The position numbers and the translations under genes are program-made. This document shows positions 60,981-64,000 of a stretch of DNA of 64,000 nt, in pieces. Under the pieces are notes generated by a model that saw nothing but the letters and a program-made list of their open reading frames with translations, was not told where the DNA came from and searched no databases. This DNA comes from a bacterium (GTDB taxonomy: Bacteria > Patescibacteriota > Microgenomatia > Levybacterales > UBA12049): positions 15,775 through 79,774 of the forward strand of contig JAKALN010000002.1 of the NCBI GenBank assembly GCA_021824155.1, written 5' to 3'. The number at the start of each line of letters is the position of its first letter. Position 1 is the stretch's first letter.

Positions 60981-61545
60981 TTTAACCTTTGGTATGGACG
61001 AGGTGGGGAGGGGTTGTTTTGCCGGACCAATCGTCGCCGCCGCTGTTGCTTTTGAAAAAGATTACGTGTGGATTAAAAACATTAAAGACTCAAAACTTTT
61101 AACGCACAAAAAAAGAAAACAACTTTCCAGACTAATACTAAAAAATGCAATTTGCTTTATCGAATTAATTGATGTTGATATTATAAATAAATTAGGGATA
61201 GGAGAGGCTAACAGGCTTATTTTTGAAAAATTAGTTATTAAAATTAGCAAGAAATATGGAAATAAAAATGTTTATTTTCAAATAGACGGGAGTAAAAAGA
61301 AAATCAAAGGTAAAAACATCGATTTTATAGTGAGGGGGGATCAACGAGTTACTTCGATTTCCGCAGCGTCAATAATTGCTAAGGCTTACAGGGATGAGCT
61401 AATGGAAAGTTTGGAAAATCGGTATCCCGGATATAACTTTTCGAAAAATAAAGGCTACGGCACAAAATTTCATCAAAAAGCGATAAAAAAACTGGGGCTA
61501 TGCGAAATACACAGAAAATCCTTTAATCTAAACAAATTTCTTTAA
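60958..61545 (+). CDS. rnhB: Ribonuclease HII
   Basis: 'FGMDEVGRGCFAGPIVAAAV' is the catalytic DEVGRG motif. 'ISAASIIAKAYRDELM' is also present. It overlaps DUF2130 by 23 nt. Confidence 0.9.
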   Translation: MTKSPSYNLTFGMDEVGRGCFAGPIVAAAVAFEKDYVWIKNIKDSKLLTHKKRKQLSRLILKNAICFIELIDVDIINKLGIGEANRLIFEKLVIKISKKYGNKNVYFQIDGSKKKIKGKNIDFIVRGDQRVTSISAASIIAKAYRDELMESLENRYPGYNFSKNKGYGTKFHQKAIKKLGLCEIHRKSFNLNKFL

Positions 61546-61784
61546 ATAGGTCCTCTGTATGGGTTCTCGTGTGTGAATTCTCCAGTTGCCTTTGGACACA
61601 CTGAGCTTTTGAAACGTATTATCGCCCTATTGTTTTCCTCTATTGCTTCTTCTCCTCTACCAACATCTGCTAACCCTACACGTCCAATTTCACATAATTG
61701 ACACGTAATAACAGTCATCACAAAATCAGGATTTTTATGTTGTTCTTGAGTAAATATTGCTTCGCAGTCTTTTCTTTCGGTCAT
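61542..61784 (-). CDS. Small Cys-containing hypothetical protein of 80 aa; coding status uncertain
   Basis: It is the only ORF of 60 aa or more in a GC-richer 240-bp patch between rnhB and tRNA-Lys. It has four Cys (C7, C28, C31, C63, including 'TCQLCE'). No family was recognised. Confidence 0.3.
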   Translation of the reverse strand: MTERKDCEAIFTQEQHKNPDFVMTVITCQLCEIGRVGLADVGRGEEAIEENNRAIIRFKSSVCPKATGEFTHENPYRGPI

Positions 61785-61792
61785 AATACTTG

Positions 61793-61865
61793 TGAGCCGC
61801 CAGGGAGTCGAACCCTGAACCTATTCCTTAAGAGGGAATTGCTCTGCCAGTTGAGCTAGCGGCCC
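61793..61865 (-). tRNA. tRNA-Lys (anticodon CTT)
   Basis: The reverse complement is GGGCCGCTAGCTCAACTGGCAGAGCAATTCCCTCTTAAGGAATAGGTTCAGGGTTCGACTCCCTGGCGGCTCA. The anticodon stem is ATTCC/GGAAT with loop CTCTTAA. Confidence 0.88.
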
Positions 61866-61915
61866 TTTATATCAATTACGAAATTTAGTATACTATATCA
61901 GGCTCAATTCAACAA

Positions 61916-61988
61916 GCGCCTGTAGCTCAATGGATAGAGCACTTCGCTTCGGACGAAGGGGTTGGGGGTTCGACTCCCTTCAGGCGCG
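61916..61988 (+). tRNA. tRNA-Arg (anticodon TCG)
   Basis: The acceptor is GCGCCTG/CAGGCGC, the D-stem GCTC/GAGC, the anticodon stem CTTCG/CGAAG with loop CTTCGGA (G37), and the T-arm GGGGG-TTCGACT-CCCTT. Confidence 0.85.
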
Positions 61989-62042
61989 CACTCAGACCTT
62001 CCGAGTGTTGTGTTGCCTGCTATTAGGTTGTATAGTTTAATT

Positions 62043-63098
62043 GTGAAGATAATTAAAGATTTATTTGCTCGAATAAAGGCCCTTGTATTAAGCCACAAAA
62101 AGCTGTCGTTACTTTTTCTCGCAATTTTAATAGCCGCAGGATATTTTTTATTTCCCAAAGGGGGCCCAACAGTTCTGACGCAAGCTGCAAAAACAGAGGA
62201 TGTAATTAGAACAGTGTCTGTAACCGGAAATGTTGATTCGGATAACACTGTCAATTTAACTTTCCAGACTGCCGGTACTTTAGATTATTTAGGAATAAAA
62301 GTAGGAGATACAGTTAAAAAAGGACAGCTTATTGCATCTTTAAATAAAGACGACTTATGGGCTGCTTTCAGACAGGCTCAACAGGATTTTACTGCCGCAA
62401 AAGCAGCTTCCGAACAGTATTATAGCGGACATACAAATGCAACGGAAAGTTATGATGAAAAAGTTCAAAGAACGGCCCTAGATGCTGCACAGAATAAAGC
62501 TTACGATAATATGGTTATTGCTCAAAAGGCAATAGCTAATTCAAATCTTTACTCTACAATAGATGGAATAGTCACCAAAGCGGATGCACAGAGCGCAGGA
62601 GTTAATATTACTGTTACCACTACGTTTACAATAACCGACCCTACTTCTTTAAATTTTAAAATGGAAGTAGATGAAGCTGATATAGGACAGGTAAAAATAG
62701 GACAAAACGTTAACGTATCACTTGATTCTTTTCCCAATGATAATCTTAAGCTAATAGTAGATAAAATCGACTTTGTAAGCCATTTAACATCATCGGGCGG
62801 AAACGCATTTTATGTAAAGGCAAATCTTCCCGAAAATAGTGCCTACAGGGTCGGGATGAATGGTAATGCTGACATAATTGTAGGCGAAGCAAAAAATGTC
62901 CTTGCAATTCCCAGCTCGAGTATATTTGATGACAATTATGTTTATGTTAAACAACGGGATAAATTTGAGAAAAAGAAAATAAGGCTGGGTCTTCAAAGCG
63001 ATACGGAAGCAGAGGTAAAGTCCGGTTTACTAAATGGGGATATTGTAGCCGTTGACCCAAGTTCAGTTCCTTCAAACCTTATAATCAAAACCAAATAA
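62043..63098 (+). CDS. Efflux periplasmic adaptor (HlyD/MacA-like membrane fusion protein)
   Basis: It has a basic N-terminus and one TM helix ('KKLSLLFLAILIAAGYFLF'). Coiled-coil and beta-barrel motifs 'GQLIASLNKDDL' and 'IDGIVTKADAQ' are present. The start is GTG at 62043, because the ORF-track start at 61962 overlaps tRNA-Arg. Confidence 0.7.
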   Translation: MKIIKDLFARIKALVLSHKKLSLLFLAILIAAGYFLFPKGGPTVLTQAAKTEDVIRTVSVTGNVDSDNTVNLTFQTAGTLDYLGIKVGDTVKKGQLIASLNKDDLWAAFRQAQQDFTAAKAASEQYYSGHTNATESYDEKVQRTALDAAQNKAYDNMVIAQKAIANSNLYSTIDGIVTKADAQSAGVNITVTTTFTITDPTSLNFKMEVDEADIGQVKIGQNVNVSLDSFPNDNLKLIVDKIDFVSHLTSSGGNAFYVKANLPENSAYRVGMNGNADIIVGEAKNVLAIPSSSIFDDNYVYVKQRDKFEKKKIRLGLQSDTEAEVKSGLLNGDIVAVDPSSVPSNLIIKTK

Positions 63099-63103
63099 GC
63101 TTC

Positions 63104-63790
63104 ATGAATAAACAAAACGAAATAATAAAAATGGTAGACATTACCAAAATATATGACTCTTCAGATGTCGAAACAGTGGCTTTAAAAGATATTGACCTTG
63201 TAGTAAATAAAGGTGATTTTGTTGCAATTACAGGCAGGTCGGGTTCGGGAAAATCAACCCTCATGCACATAATAGGACTTTTGGATAACCCGACTTCCGG
63301 CAAATATACATTAAACGGAACAGACGTTTCATCCTTAGAGGAAGACGAATTAGCATTTCAGAGAAATAAAGAAATAGGATTTGTTTTTCAATCTTTTAAC
63401 CTCTTATCCAGATCAACTGCAGTAGAAAACGTACTTTTACCTGGAATATACGCAGGCATGGGGAGTCAGGAACGAGTGCAGAGGGCAGTAGAATTACTTA
63501 CGGAATTGGGATTGGAAGATCATTTGAATAAAAGGCCGAATCAAATGTCCGGAGGCCAGCAGCAAAGAGTAGCCATAGCAAGAGCTTTAATGAATGATCC
63601 GGAGCTGATACTTGCAGACGAACCAACGGGAAATTTGGATACACACTCGGGGGATGATGTAATGAACACGCTTAAAGCTTTAAATAAAGAAGGCAAGACA
63701 ATTGTCTTGATTACCCATGAACATGATATCGCCGCCCAGGCAAAAAAGATTCTGCATTTGGAAGACGGGAGGCTGGTTAGTAAAAAATGA
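63104..63790 (+). CDS. ABC transporter ATP-binding protein (MacB/LolD-type)
   Basis: Walker A 'GRSGSGKST', the Q-loop, the signature 'MSGGQQQRVAIARAL', Walker B 'ILADEPTGNLD' and the H-loop are all present. Confidence 0.92.
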   Translation: MNKQNEIIKMVDITKIYDSSDVETVALKDIDLVVNKGDFVAITGRSGSGKSTLMHIIGLLDNPTSGKYTLNGTDVSSLEEDELAFQRNKEIGFVFQSFNLLSRSTAVENVLLPGIYAGMGSQERVQRAVELLTELGLEDHLNKRPNQMSGGQQQRVAIARALMNDPELILADEPTGNLDTHSGDDVMNTLKALNKEGKTIVLITHEHDIAAQAKKILHLEDGRLVSKK

Positions 63791-64000
63791 AATTTAACGA
63801 ACTGATAATATTAGCTTTTAAATCTATCGCCGCAAATAAGTTAAGAAGCTTTCTAACGACTTTAGGCATAATAATAGGGGTTTTTTCTATAATTTTATTG
63901 GTATCTATAGGGTCGGGTTTGCAAAGTTACATTACTAACGAAATTTCTTCTTTAGGGTCAAATCTTATAGATGTACTGCCCGGGAGCACAAGCAGCGGAT
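63787..64000 (+). CDS. ABC transporter permease (FtsX/MacB-like), 5' part only; the gene runs off the window end
   Basis: ATGA start/stop overlap with the upstream ATPase. 'LKSIAANKLRSFLTTLGIIIGVFSIILLVSIG' is the typical MacB N-terminal TM1. Confidence 0.7.
   Translation, partial: MKFNELIILAFKSIAANKLRSFLTTLGIIIGVFSIILLVSIGSGLQSYITNEISSLGSNLIDVLPGSTSSG

Overview
This 64 kb window looks like a compact, AT-rich bacterial chromosome segment with an almost entirely housekeeping gene content. The proteins are small, many starts are TTG or GTG, ribosome-binding sites are weak or absent, and genes abut or overlap by 1-4 nt. These traits fit a reduced-genome lineage such as Patescibacteria/CPR, but that placement is inference, not sequence evidence.

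Main contents, left to right:
- A cell-envelope glycosylation cluster at 2..7958: a partial GT4 gene, an SGNH-like hydrolase, a GT2 fused to a polytopic membrane domain, a second GT2, a GT-C-like membrane protein, an O-antigen-ligase-like protein and a membrane-anchored surface protein.
- tRNA-Thr(CGT) on the minus strand.
- One long minus-strand gene array at 8220..27567. It runs, in minus-strand order, polX, lemA, htpX, murT, gatD, a DUF4406-like gene, gatCAB, a GGDEF-domain gene with an atypical signature, a minimal nucleotidyltransferase, dnaE and the full F1F0 ATP synthase operon atpBEFHAGDC.
- tRNA-Asp, a LysM protein, tRNA-Gly, then pyrG, rplS and yraN.
- An SOS/nucleotide-excision-repair set: uvrB and lexA are divergent, with uvrA and uvrC further right. 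A shared GTTC-N7-GAAC/T candidate operator sits just after the -10 box of both the uvrA and uvrB promoters.
- A glycolytic/sugar-phosphate cluster on the minus strand: eno, ppsA, a PGI/PMI-type isomerase and a phosphohexomutase.
- A holA-like gene, an HExxH protein, a YkuK-like protein, a secreted GH5-like hydrolase, and a compositionally odd hypothetical gene.
- A 400 bp intergenic region (44873..45270) dense with hairpins, containing a perfect 26-nt direct repeat.
- tRNA-Glu and tRNA-Lys(TTT), each followed by a short duplicate of its own 3' end or a tRNA fragment.
- secG, yvcK, a DUF360 holin-like gene, a DUF2130 gene, rnhB, convergent tRNA-Lys(CTT) and tRNA-Arg(TCG), and a MacA/MacB-type efflux operon that is cut off at the window end.

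No CRISPR array, transposase, integrase or rRNA was seen. No complete defence or mobile system can be asserted. The hunt findings below are the most interesting leads.
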